Below are positions 18,162 through 26,458 of a DNA stretch of 64,000 nucleotides, piece after piece. The stretch's first letter is position 1. Every line of letters starts with the position of its first letter. Origin of the DNA: Nitrospinales bacterium (GTDB lineage: Bacteria > Nitrospinota > Nitrospinia > Nitrospinales > VA-1); NCBI GenBank assembly GCA_965223795.1, contig CBDCXL010000001.1, forward strand, positions 160,001-224,000, read 5' to 3'. Under the pieces are notes generated by a model, which saw only the letters and a program-made list of their open reading frames with translations, made no database searches and was not told where the DNA came from. Both the position numbers and the translations under genes were made by a program.

Positions 18162-19274
18162 TCATTCCCGGTCCGCCTGTTGTGCGCTGCGGGCGACGCT
18201 GTTTCCGGCGCGCGCGCTCATGAACTTCTGCTGGTCGTACCCCAGGATCATCTCCCAGGCTGAATTCTCATAGGCCGCGATCAGGGGCAGGGCGACGTCC
18301 TCCAGCATCCAGCGGCCGTGGCGCTTGTCCACCTTGATGTGCAGATCCCAGTATTCCCTGGCTTTTTCCGGCAGGCGCAGGCGCTTCGCGGCCTGGCTGT
18401 AATTCTCAAACGCCGCCGGTACGGATATCTCGGTGTACAGCAGCCCGCCGATGTAGCGCAGGAAATGGCGCTTGCGTTCGGAAAGGAGGAAACTGTGGTT
18501 GATCGTGGCCAGCACCTCCCAGGGAACGTAATCGAAATAGGCCTCCGGCTTGGTCCGCATACCGAGCGTCTCCAGCATGGCCGTGAAAAAGGCGGAGTGC
18601 TTGCGGGCCAGACGGCCGGCCCCGTATTCCTCGATCAAAAGCCGGGTCAGCATCGCCTGCACCTCGTTGCCCACGCCGCCGAGCATGCGTGACAGCTGGC
18701 TCGCCTCCACCAGGCCGTCCAGGGAGGCGATGGCGAGCAGCCTCCGGTAGCCTTTCTCCGTCATGCGGTCGCGAAAGTACAGACCGGTTTCCGAGGGTTG
18801 GGGAGCCCGGTCGGCCTGCGACCGTTTGCGGAGCGCCGCTTCGACATCTTCGTCCTGCAGCGTGCGCGTGTCGAGCTGTGCCCGCTCCCACTGCTGCCAG
18901 ACGCTTTCGATCCGCTGGCGGATCGCGGCCAATTGCGTGGAGCACTCGTTGTCGTAATTTCTGAGGTCGTCGTACCAGAACAGTTTCAGCCGGTTGATCC
19001 GGTACAGGACCCGCTGCAGAAAAAGGTGCGCTTCGGGCGACGGAGCGCCGCTTTCATACGCCGCGCCGATGGCTTCCTCGATGAACAGTTTCATCGTCCG
19101 CATCCGCTGCGGATTTTCCAGCACCTGCTGATCGAGGTTCTTGAGCCGCATCAGCTGGATGAACTGCTGTTCGGCTGTAATATAATCGGGGTCGTTGATT
19201 TCGGGGGTTGCACCGACTTCGATGCGGGTTTTTAGTGTCTGCACGGGACTCCGGGGAAAAAGGTGCACAATCAA
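18162..19274 (-). CDS. Iron-containing redox enzyme (heme-oxygenase-like diiron oxidase family)
   Basis: Ligand pattern DGLVEASQ, EEYGxGxxxxKH, LYTE, HIKVDKRH; start uncertain (TTG 19274 or GTG 19244). Confidence 0.8.
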   Translation of the reverse strand: MIVHLFPRSPVQTLKTRIEVGATPEINDPDYITAEQQFIQLMRLKNLDQQVLENPQRMRTMKLFIEEAIGAAYESGAPSPEAHLFLQRVLYRINRLKLFWYDDLRNYDNECSTQLAAIRQRIESVWQQWERAQLDTRTLQDEDVEAALRKRSQADRAPQPSETGLYFRDRMTEKGYRRLLAIASLDGLVEASQLSRMLGGVGNEVQAMLTRLLIEEYGAGRLARKHSAFFTAMLETLGMRTKPEAYFDYVPWEVLATINHSFLLSERKRHFLRYIGGLLYTEISVPAAFENYSQAAKRLRLPEKAREYWDLHIKVDKRHGRWMLEDVALPLIAAYENSAWEMILGYDQQKFMSARAGNSVARSAQQADRE

Positions 19275-19394
19275 GGCTTTTCAGCCACGAATTTTTCATT
19301 GTAACATCCATCCGGCGCAAATCCAGTAAAGTGGGTGTTCGGGGGAGGCGGAGCGGGTCACATGGAGACGGATTGCGGCGATCCGGTGTCCAGC

Positions 19395-21005
19395 TCAATA
19401 CGGGGGCAGGGTGGTGAGGCGGGTGTCCTCGACGGGGCCGCCGACGGTGAAGTGGTACAGGCTCTGGTAGCGGTCGCCGGCGATGCCGAAGATTTCGTGC
19501 ACGGGATCGTCGAAGAAGCAGCCGATGCCGGTGCTGCGGATGCCGCTGACTTCCGCCTGTAAATAGAGGATCTGCCCGATCGCGCCGCACTCCCAGTACA
19601 GGCGCGGATACACCCACGGGCCGTATTGCTCGATCGGCCGCTTGAAGGCGCTGATCATCCCCAGGCTGAAGCAGCCGTCCGCGGCGATCGCCTGACCACA
19701 CGAGATCTGCGCGGACGGCTGGCGCAGGTCCCCCTCCGCCAGCAGATACAAATTCAGGCCATCGGGACAGCCCGGCGGAGATTGCCAGGAAAATTCCGCA
19801 TTGAACGCGGCGCGCAGTTCTTCAAGGTGGTTCGGGTTGCGCACCAGCACGTACAGTCCGGGTGCGAGGTCGTCCACACGGTGGACGAACAGGCCCAGGT
19901 GCACCAGCGGTTCCCAGGGAATGGTCTGGAACGGCAGGGGGCAGAGCGCGGGAACGGTCTTGATCATGAACTGGTAGAAGGTGTCGCGCGTGATGCGGGT
20001 GCGGCCGTCCATGGCGACGGCGCTGCGGCGCTGGTGGACGGCCTTGCGCAGGGGAAACGTTTCATCGGCAAGCAGCGATGCGCCGGATTGCTGCGCGACG
20101 GGCGGAAGCGCCGCGCCATCCGGTTTCACGGCGGCGTGCGACACGTCGCCGATGCCGCGCCATTGAACATGCGACCGGCTGAGCGAATTGGGCGAGCCAA
20201 GCCATTTGAGATCGCGGAAGCTCTCGGCGAGAGCGGCGGTATCGAGTTTGGGCGGCGTTGCGACGGGCTCCGGCGTCACGGCGGCCAGGCAGTCGGGGAC
20301 TTCCACTTCCGTGTCGCTTTTCTCGGTGAGGCCGAGCAGGGTGTCCAGCGTTTCCCCGCCCAGCGTGTCGAGCAGGGCGGCCTGCCAGCCCAGTCCGGCG
20401 CAGGCGATGTTGAGCGCGCCGAGGGCGTGGCCGAGGTCGTGGTGGCAGTAGCGGAACGCGCGCACGCCGTATTTCCAGGACTCGCGCCAGTAAATCGAAC
20501 TCAGCCCCACAAAAACCGTGTTTTGAGGAAAGCCTGCGCGCAGGGTCTCCCATGCGGTGTCCGGCAATTGCGCGCGGATTTCCAGGGCGTGGATCGCCGG
20601 GCAGTAATGGAACACGGCGGGCGTGGCGGTGACGCCTTCGAGCGGACCGGCGATCAGGTAGCCTTCGGTGGGGTGCAGGTTGCCGCTGGACGGGTTGACG
20701 CGCAGCGCCCACTGATTGCCCTGAAAGCTTTTCCAGGCGGACAGGGCGAGGCTGTCGAAAAACAACTGCGACAGGGTCGCGGCGCTCAGGGCGGCCGGGG
20801 AAACCGTTCCGGGCGTGAGGGCTTCGGAAAACGAAGGCCGCTCGAGAGGCGGCACTTTTTGCAGGGTGACGATGGGAGCGCCGTGGTATCTTCGGAACGG
20901 GTCCGGCTGGGAGGCCCAGTCCAGGTATCCGGGGCCGGGCGCGAATCCGCGATAGCCGTGTTTGGAAACGCGATGGTATTGAAAGACGGTTTCGAGCGGG
21001 GTCAT
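19395..21005 (-). CDS. SagB/ThcOx-like tandem nitroreductase-family protein
   Basis: LDWASQPDPFRRY, LRVNPSSGNLHPTE, WKYGVRAFRY, second domain HQRRSAVAMDG...GIGCFFDD; start MTPLETV at 21005. Confidence 0.85.
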   Translation of the reverse strand: MTPLETVFQYHRVSKHGYRGFAPGPGYLDWASQPDPFRRYHGAPIVTLQKVPPLERPSFSEALTPGTVSPAALSAATLSQLFFDSLALSAWKSFQGNQWALRVNPSSGNLHPTEGYLIAGPLEGVTATPAVFHYCPAIHALEIRAQLPDTAWETLRAGFPQNTVFVGLSSIYWRESWKYGVRAFRYCHHDLGHALGALNIACAGLGWQAALLDTLGGETLDTLLGLTEKSDTEVEVPDCLAAVTPEPVATPPKLDTAALAESFRDLKWLGSPNSLSRSHVQWRGIGDVSHAAVKPDGAALPPVAQQSGASLLADETFPLRKAVHQRRSAVAMDGRTRITRDTFYQFMIKTVPALCPLPFQTIPWEPLVHLGLFVHRVDDLAPGLYVLVRNPNHLEELRAAFNAEFSWQSPPGCPDGLNLYLLAEGDLRQPSAQISCGQAIAADGCFSLGMISAFKRPIEQYGPWVYPRLYWECGAIGQILYLQAEVSGIRSTGIGCFFDDPVHEIFGIAGDRYQSLYHFTVGGPVEDTRLTTLPPY

Positions 21006-21149
21006 GGATCTCCTGTGCCGATTTTGTTCAGCAGGCATTCTAAACCATAACGGCCGCCGCGCCCGCAATCGTTTGCGGAGGACGTGCTTTCCACTGCTGT
21101 CCGGTTTCACCTTCTTGATTTTCTTCTGTATAGAACCTGAAAGGAAGGA

Positions 21150-21824
21150 GTGAGGATGCGTAAGGGCGTCGCCGTTCTTATTTTCGCGGGACTTCTCATC
21201 ACGCTGCTGGTTTGGAGCACGCCGGTGACGCGGCTGGGTTCCGGGTTTCTCATCGGTGACGGCCGCACGGTCCTCACGCAGGCGGAACTGGTGAACGGTT
21301 CCGGCGACATCCGGGTCAAATTCCCCAATGAGGACGACATCGCGGCGGAGCGGGTATCGGTGAACAACGCGGACCGGGTGGCGGTGCTGAAGCTGCAGGA
21401 AGCGCCGAAAGTGAAACGGGAACCGCTGGCGATTCCAGCGGAACCCGCCGCGCTCAAGGAGAACTACGTGTTCGCTCTGGGCTATCCCTGGACCAACACG
21501 CTGGAAGACCGGCACACGTTGCACGAAGGGAGGATCGAATCTTTGGCGGAAAATGCTTCAGGGCAATGGGAGGTAAAAATGGAACTGAACCCGGTTCACA
21601 GCGGCAGCCCGCTTTTCAGCGCTGACGGAACGGTCGTGGGGATGATCGCTACGGTGATGGAGGGGGATGCGGGCGCGGCGCGGGCGGTGCCCGCCGCGCA
21701 ATGGGCCGCGCTGCTCAAGACACTCAAAATCAAGGGTGCGGGCAAGCGGATCGGGGATTATAAAAACAGGCAGGCGTTCATCGAAGCGGTGCGCAACAAC
21801 GTGGTTCTCATCGAGGCGCGTTGA
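21150..21824 (+). CDS. Exported trypsin-like (S1C) protease homologue with degenerate catalytic triad
   Basis: GSGFLI, ALGYP and HSGSPLF match the S1C fold, but TQAELV replaces TNAHVV. Confidence 0.7.
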   Translation: MRMRKGVAVLIFAGLLITLLVWSTPVTRLGSGFLIGDGRTVLTQAELVNGSGDIRVKFPNEDDIAAERVSVNNADRVAVLKLQEAPKVKREPLAIPAEPAALKENYVFALGYPWTNTLEDRHTLHEGRIESLAENASGQWEVKMELNPVHSGSPLFSADGTVVGMIATVMEGDAGAARAVPAAQWAALLKTLKIKGAGKRIGDYKNRQAFIEAVRNNVVLIEAR

Positions 21825-21866
21825 ACCGTCTTCCGGGACGACGGTTTTTATGGAGTGGTCTGTCGT

Positions 21867-22379
21867 TTACAGTTTCTGCAGGTTTTCCATGATGTACTTG
21901 CCCGTGTCGCGTAAAAACCGGTCCATGCGTTCCTTGCCGCTGGAAGTCAGGTGGATCATTTTGCAGCGGCTGTCCAGCGGTTTTCCGGTTTTGCGGTTGA
22001 ACCCGCCTTTTTTGATCTCCAGCAGGCCGGTGCCGACGCCGTCTTTTTCCACGATCTTGGTGGTGGTCTGTTTTTCCAGGTTTCCCTGGACCACGTCGGG
22101 CACGTCCTTCAGCGCCAGCGGCTGACCCGAGTGATACAGGTGAAAACAAAGGTCGCGGATCTGCGGCCGGATCGTGCGCAGGGCAGGGTCCGATTCGGAA
22201 TTGCTGGAATCGGAGAGCATGGTGCGGATCCATTTTTCCTCGATGTCTTTTTCCAGCCTGCAGAACAGGACACCCACCCGGGCCTCCTTTTCATCTGAGG
22301 GGGGCGCCTGCTCGCTCGTTTGCGGGGGATTGATCTCTCCCAGAATGGGGTCGGGCTCGCTTTGTCGTTTCCAGAACAT
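21867..22379 (-). CDS. Hypothetical protein with a MarR-like wing at the C terminus
   Basis: DSRCKMIHLTSSGKE resembles the MarR DxR...LTxxG wing motif. Confidence 0.55.
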   Translation of the reverse strand: MFWKRQSEPDPILGEINPPQTSEQAPPSDEKEARVGVLFCRLEKDIEEKWIRTMLSDSSNSESDPALRTIRPQIRDLCFHLYHSGQPLALKDVPDVVQGNLEKQTTTKIVEKDGVGTGLLEIKKGGFNRKTGKPLDSRCKMIHLTSSGKERMDRFLRDTGKYIMENLQKL

Positions 22380-22688
22380 GAATCAGCCTCTAAAGTCCGG
22401 TTTGTCAACGGTATATAAATACAACAACTGTATAAGTATATAATATGTCCGCAACGGACGCAACCTTTAATTGCCGGAATGATTATTGATGTTGGTTACC
22501 GGTATTTTAAATGCCGGAAGGCGGGTGTGGGCATAGATACGGCAATTTCAGACAGTTTAGAGAAAGCGGGCCGTGGCCGTGCGCCTTAAGGGCAGGGGAT
22601 GTGTTCAGTCTCGCGCTGACAGGCGGATTGGCTGCAGTTACATCATTCTTGTGCTGCCGGAGTCCAGCGGCTTGCGGGGAAACCGGTG

Positions 22689-23060
22689 TCAGATGTTCGT
22701 CTCCTGCATGAAAAAGGGGATGGCCAGGCTCAAACCGCGCTTGGAGCAGGAAATCCGTCCCGGAATGCTGTTGTCGCACTGAGTCGGGGGGAACACGACG
22801 TATTCCATGCTGGTGCCGTCCACGGTGACGGTCTGATCGTTGAATTTGGTGCAGGTGGTTTTGTACAGGCGCTTGCCGCCATCCTGCGAATTCACGCTGG
22901 ACGTCTTGCAGGAGCCTCTGTCGAAGAACACAAAGCGGTCGGGTTGGGACGCGCTGGCGGAGGCGGTTTCTTTGGGATCCTGGGATTCTCCATTGCCGAT
23001 CAGAAAAATGGCGGCGAGGAACAGGGCGGCGAGGGCGAGCATTTCGAGGGCGGTTTTCAT
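22689..23060 (-). CDS. Hypothetical exported protein
   Basis: N-terminal hydrophobic signal/anchor, four Cys, AAAGGA RBS upstream. Confidence 0.65.
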   Translation of the reverse strand: MKTALEMLALAALFLAAIFLIGNGESQDPKETASASASQPDRFVFFDRGSCKTSSVNSQDGGKRLYKTTCTKFNDQTVTVDGTSMEYVVFPPTQCDNSIPGRISCSKRGLSLAIPFFMQETNI

Positions 23061-23112
23061 GGCGGATGTCCTTTCTTTTCCGGGGTTCGACTTGCCTGAT
23101 GCTCCTGTCTAT

Positions 23113-23129
23113 TGCACAAGCTTTGCCAA
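23113..23129 (-). promoter_or_regulatory. Putative sigma-54 -24/-12 promoter for 22689-23060
   Basis: Minus strand TTGGCAAAGCTTGTGCA, with GG-N10-GC spacing. Confidence 0.45.
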
Positions 23130-23210
23130 ACGCAGCCGGAAAACAAAGTCTATGTTAATGAACGCGTTACACGATGGGCACGGGCAGGGCGCGGTGTTCC
23201 ATGCGCGCGA

Positions 23211-23246
23211 CCGTGCATGGTGCCGTGCATGGAACCGTGCATGGTG
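23211..23246. repeat. Triple direct repeat CCGTGCATGG with 12-bp period
   Basis: ccgtgcatgg-tg-ccgtgcatgg-aa-ccgtgcatgg-tg. Confidence 0.85.
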
Positions 23247-23304
23247 TTCAGCACGAAAACGTATAAAGGCTTGTGTTTCAAAGAAAACGGTTGATCGTGC
23301 GGCT

Positions 23305-23321
23305 TTGGTCCGGAACTTGCC
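23305..23321 (+). promoter_or_regulatory. Putative sigma-54 -24/-12 promoter for 23404-23772
   Basis: TTGGTCCGGAACTTGC, with GG-N10-GC spacing and TTGC at -12. Confidence 0.5.
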
Positions 23322-23403
23322 AATAGGAGGGATGCAGACCCAATTCCCCCATTGGGAATGAGCAAATCAACCACAAGCATTTTCAAATTTAAGGAGACAC
23401 AAC

Positions 23404-23772
23404 ATGAAGAAAACAACGTTCCTGAGCGGACTGGGTCTGGCTCTGGCATTCTCGTTGTTGATGACGGGAAACAGCCAGGCAGCGCCCCGCGACCCGGCTT
23501 CGCCGCCCAACTATGGCTTTCCGAAGCCCAAGCCTCCGTGTGGAGACAAGATGTGGATCGCGGTGTATCCCAAACCCTGTTTCGACGAGCCGCAGGTTCC
23601 GCACCGTCCGGTGGACTGGGAGGAATACTGCAAGGGGAAGGCGTTCATTCCCGAAAGCAACCATCCCTGTCTGAGCTGGAATAGGCCTCAGCCGCCGATG
23701 GAGAATCCCTGGGGCTGGACGAAGCCTCCGGCATGGCGGCCGCACCACCGCGGACCGGCAAAACTGCGCTGA
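23404..23772 (+). CDS. Secreted Pro/Trp/Cys-rich small protein
   Basis: AAGGAG RBS, signal peptide MKKTT...SQA, very Pro-rich mature region with four Cys. Confidence 0.7.
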   Translation: MKKTTFLSGLGLALAFSLLMTGNSQAAPRDPASPPNYGFPKPKPPCGDKMWIAVYPKPCFDEPQVPHRPVDWEEYCKGKAFIPESNHPCLSWNRPQPPMENPWGWTKPPAWRPHHRGPAKLR

Positions 23773-23883
23773 ACGCGCGGCAGCCTGCCGCAAATGCGGG
23801 CGAGCCGCGGCAGCTAAGCCATTCAAAGGATCCGGGGGCGCGTGTCTTCGCGTCCTCCGGGAAGAACAGGAGAGTGTGTGTAC

Positions 23884-23908
23884 AAAGTCAGGAGGGGCCT
23901 GACTTTTT
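23884..23908 (+). terminator. Rho-independent terminator
   Basis: AAAGTCAGG-AGGGG-CCTGACTTTTT. Confidence 0.6.
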
Positions 23909-24133
23909 CGCTTGTTTTCTCCTTTTCTCGAAAGCGGCCGGGTTCCCGGCGATCTCAGGATTGTCCGGGAGCCCGGCTGCCTTTCGGGTTCTTTGACCCG
24001 GCGCGGCCGCGCGGACTGCATTGCCACGCCTGGCTGGAATTATTGGCACGGTGCGGCGTAATCGAGGCAATCGACACGGTTTTGCTATCGCTTGCCGGAT
24101 AAAAATGTGCTGGACAGGGAGCCGTGCTGTTTC

Positions 24134-24152
24134 TATAATGATAATTATTATC
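24134..24152. promoter_or_regulatory. Fur box
   Basis: TATAATGATAATTATTATC matches 17 of 19 positions of the GATAATGATAATCATTATC consensus, 28 bp upstream of a BFD-like gene. Confidence 0.8.
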
Positions 24153-24180
24153 AATTTAAGTTTCCCCAGGATCCCCGTCC

Positions 24181-24459
24181 ATGGATGCGCGCGTCGCCCA
24201 AACCGATGAAATCATTTGCCAGTGTTACCAGGTGAGTGAAAAGACGATTCGCGCCAACATCGCCAGAAAAAATCTGCAGACCATCGAGCAAGTCACCGAA
24301 GCCTGCGAAGCGGGCGGCGGCTGCCATTCCTGCCACATCCTCATCGAACTGTTCCTCGACGAGCACAAACAAAAGCACACACCGGTGCAGACGCTGGTCG
24401 CCGAACATGGCGACAAAGTGAAAAAGCCGGGCATCTTCCGCCGCCTGTTCCGCCGATAA
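24181..24459 (+). CDS. BFD-like [2Fe-2S]-binding protein
   Basis: ICQCYQVSE...AGGGCHSC (CxC...CxxC). Confidence 0.85.
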   Translation: MDARVAQTDEIICQCYQVSEKTIRANIARKNLQTIEQVTEACEAGGGCHSCHILIELFLDEHKQKHTPVQTLVAEHGDKVKKPGIFRRLFRR

Positions 24460-24645
24460 CCGGAATGCCTTAAACGGCCGCCTGTTGATCTGAGCATAGC
24501 GGCGCAGCTTCCATGCGTGTTCACAACCGGCGCGGCGCCGAGCCGCTTATTTCCTTGCATCTTAAAAGCGTTTTAACTATGGTTGGTTTTCACCAGAAAC
24601 GGTCCCCGCAAGGGATACCCACACGCACGGGAGGAGTTGCGCTAC

Positions 24646-25194
24646 ATGAAAAGTCAGGATTGCATATTGTTCAGCGGCGGCGTCAAGGGAGCGGAGGCGG
24701 AATTCGGCCGGCAGGCGGAAGCGTCCGGCGTGCAGGAGGTCAACTTCACCTTTGACGGACACAAAACGGAGCGGACCCGCGGCATCCGCTATCTGACTTC
24801 GGAAGAACTCATCAAGGGCGACGTCAGCCTGGCCTATGTTTCCAAGATCATGAACCGCAACTACAGCACGGGACCGCTGTTCCGCAAGGTGCTGCAGAGC
24901 ATCTGGCACCAGATCAACAGCGCCGAGGAAGTGTTCGTGATCGGCAAGATTCTCGACGACAAGACCGTGAAGGGGGGAACGGGCTGGGGAGCGGAGTTCG
25001 CCAAGATCTGCAACAAGCCCCTGTACGTGTTCGACCAGGAAGAGAACGGCTGGTTCCAGTGGAAAAACGAAAAGTGGGAAAAAGTCAACGCCGCGAAAAT
25101 CAGCAGGAATCACATCGCAGGAACCGGCACGCGGTTTCTCAATGAAAGCGGCAAGGCCGCGATCCGGGATCTGTTCCAATCCTCCTTCGACTAG
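24646..25194 (+). CDS. SLOG/DprA-like fold hypothetical protein
   Basis: LFSGGVKGAE, KGGTGW and KPLYVFD motifs; GAGGAG RBS. Confidence 0.65.
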   Translation: MKSQDCILFSGGVKGAEAEFGRQAEASGVQEVNFTFDGHKTERTRGIRYLTSEELIKGDVSLAYVSKIMNRNYSTGPLFRKVLQSIWHQINSAEEVFVIGKILDDKTVKGGTGWGAEFAKICNKPLYVFDQEENGWFQWKNEKWEKVNAAKISRNHIAGTGTRFLNESGKAAIRDLFQSSFD

Positions 25195-25195
25195 C

Positions 25196-26394
25196 ATGAC
25201 CGCTCCACAAATCCGGGCCGTTTATTTCGACTGCTTCTCGGGGATCAGCGGGGACATGATCCTGGGAGCGCTGGTCGATCTCGGCGCGGACCTCGACACC
25301 CTGCGCGAGGGGCTGGCCACGCTCGATCTTTCCGGCTACACAATCAAAAGCCGCCGCGTGAAAAAGAACGGCGTTTCCGCGGCCAAGATCGACGTGGCGG
25401 TGACCGCCGGTAAAAAACAGCCCGCCCGCAAGCTCAAGGACATCGAAAAACTGATCCGCACCTCGAAGCTGCCGAAAGCGGTGCGCGACACAACGATCCG
25501 GATTTTCGAGCGGCTGGCCCGCGCCGAGGCGAAGGTGCACCGCTCGACGGTGGACAAGGTGCATTTTCACGAAGTGGGCGCGGTCGATTCTATCGTGGAT
25601 GTAGTAGGCGGGGTTTATGCGCTGCACCTGCTCAACGTGGAGCGCGTGTTCGCCTCACCGCTCAACGTGGGCGAGGGGTTCGTCGACTGCGAGCACGGCA
25701 CGCTGCCGGTTCCCGCACCGGCGACGCTGGAGCTGCTCAGGGGCGTGCCCTGTTTTTCCAGCGGAGTCCAGCAGGAGCTGACCACGCCCACGGGCGCGGC
25801 GATGATCGGCCACTGGGCGGAGGGGTTTGGATCGCTGCCGGAGATGACGGTGCTGGCCACCGGCTGTGGCGCGGGCGACCACGACGTTCCCGAAACGCCC
25901 AACCTGCTGCGCGCGGTGCTGGGCGAGATGCCGGGGAAGGGCAGGGCCGACACGGTGTGGGAGGTGGCGACCAACATCGACGACATGAACCCGGAGTTCT
26001 ACGAGCACGTGATGGATTCGCTGTTCAAGGTGGGCGCGCTGGATGTGTGGATGACGCCCATCGTCATGAAAAAGGGGCGGCCGGCGGTGACGCTTTCGGC
26101 GCTGGTCCCGGAGAAGAAACGCGAGGCGGTGACGCGGAAGTGCTGCTGGCCGAAACCTCGACCTTCGGCGTGCGCTGGCACGCGGTGCAGCGGGCGACGC
26201 TTAAGCGCGAGCTGCGGACGCTGGACACGCCCCACGGCCCGGTGCGGCTGAAGGTGGGCACGCAGCCCGACGGAACGCTAAAAATTGCGCCGGAATACGA
26301 GGACTGCAAAAAGATCGCGCGCAAGGAAAAACGTCCGGTGCAGACGGTCTATCAGGAAATAATGCAGCTTGTGGTAAAAAAATGGGAGGCATGA
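25196..26394 (+). pseudogene. larC: Nickel insertase LarC, frameshifted near 26133-26136 (true pseudogene or sequence error)
   Basis: FDCFSGISGDM, HFHEVGAVDS, PVPAPAT, ELTTPTG, TNIDDM and MKKGRP lie in one frame; ETSTFGVR and PEYED lie in the -1 frame. Confidence 0.85.
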
Positions 26395-26458
26395 TCAGGA
26401 CCCGCCAGCGAGCAGCATTGACAGGTGCAGGTTCGATTCGATACTTTTTATTTCCTCA

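Noticed and set aside
21006..21524. N-terminal extension of the 709-aa nitroreductase ORF
   Set aside because: It overlaps the plus-strand protease-like gene; family similarity starts at MTPLETV
22408..22443. LexA/SOS boxes
   Set aside because: Each tract has two mismatches in the CTGT/ACAG half-sites and no repair gene is adjacent
23211..23246. Possible mini-CRISPR
   Set aside because: 10-bp repeats with 2-bp spacers and no cas genes; no CRISPR array is visible anywhere in the window
26066..26080. ATGAAAAAGGGG as the programmed frameshift site of larC
   Set aside because: Not an X XXY YYZ heptamer in frame, and LarC-like sequence continues in the original frame for about 18 more codons
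26418..26447. tRNA fragment or att site (GGTTCGATTC)
   Set aside because: Only a T-loop-like 10-mer, with no acceptor stem and no match to the two tRNAs in the window
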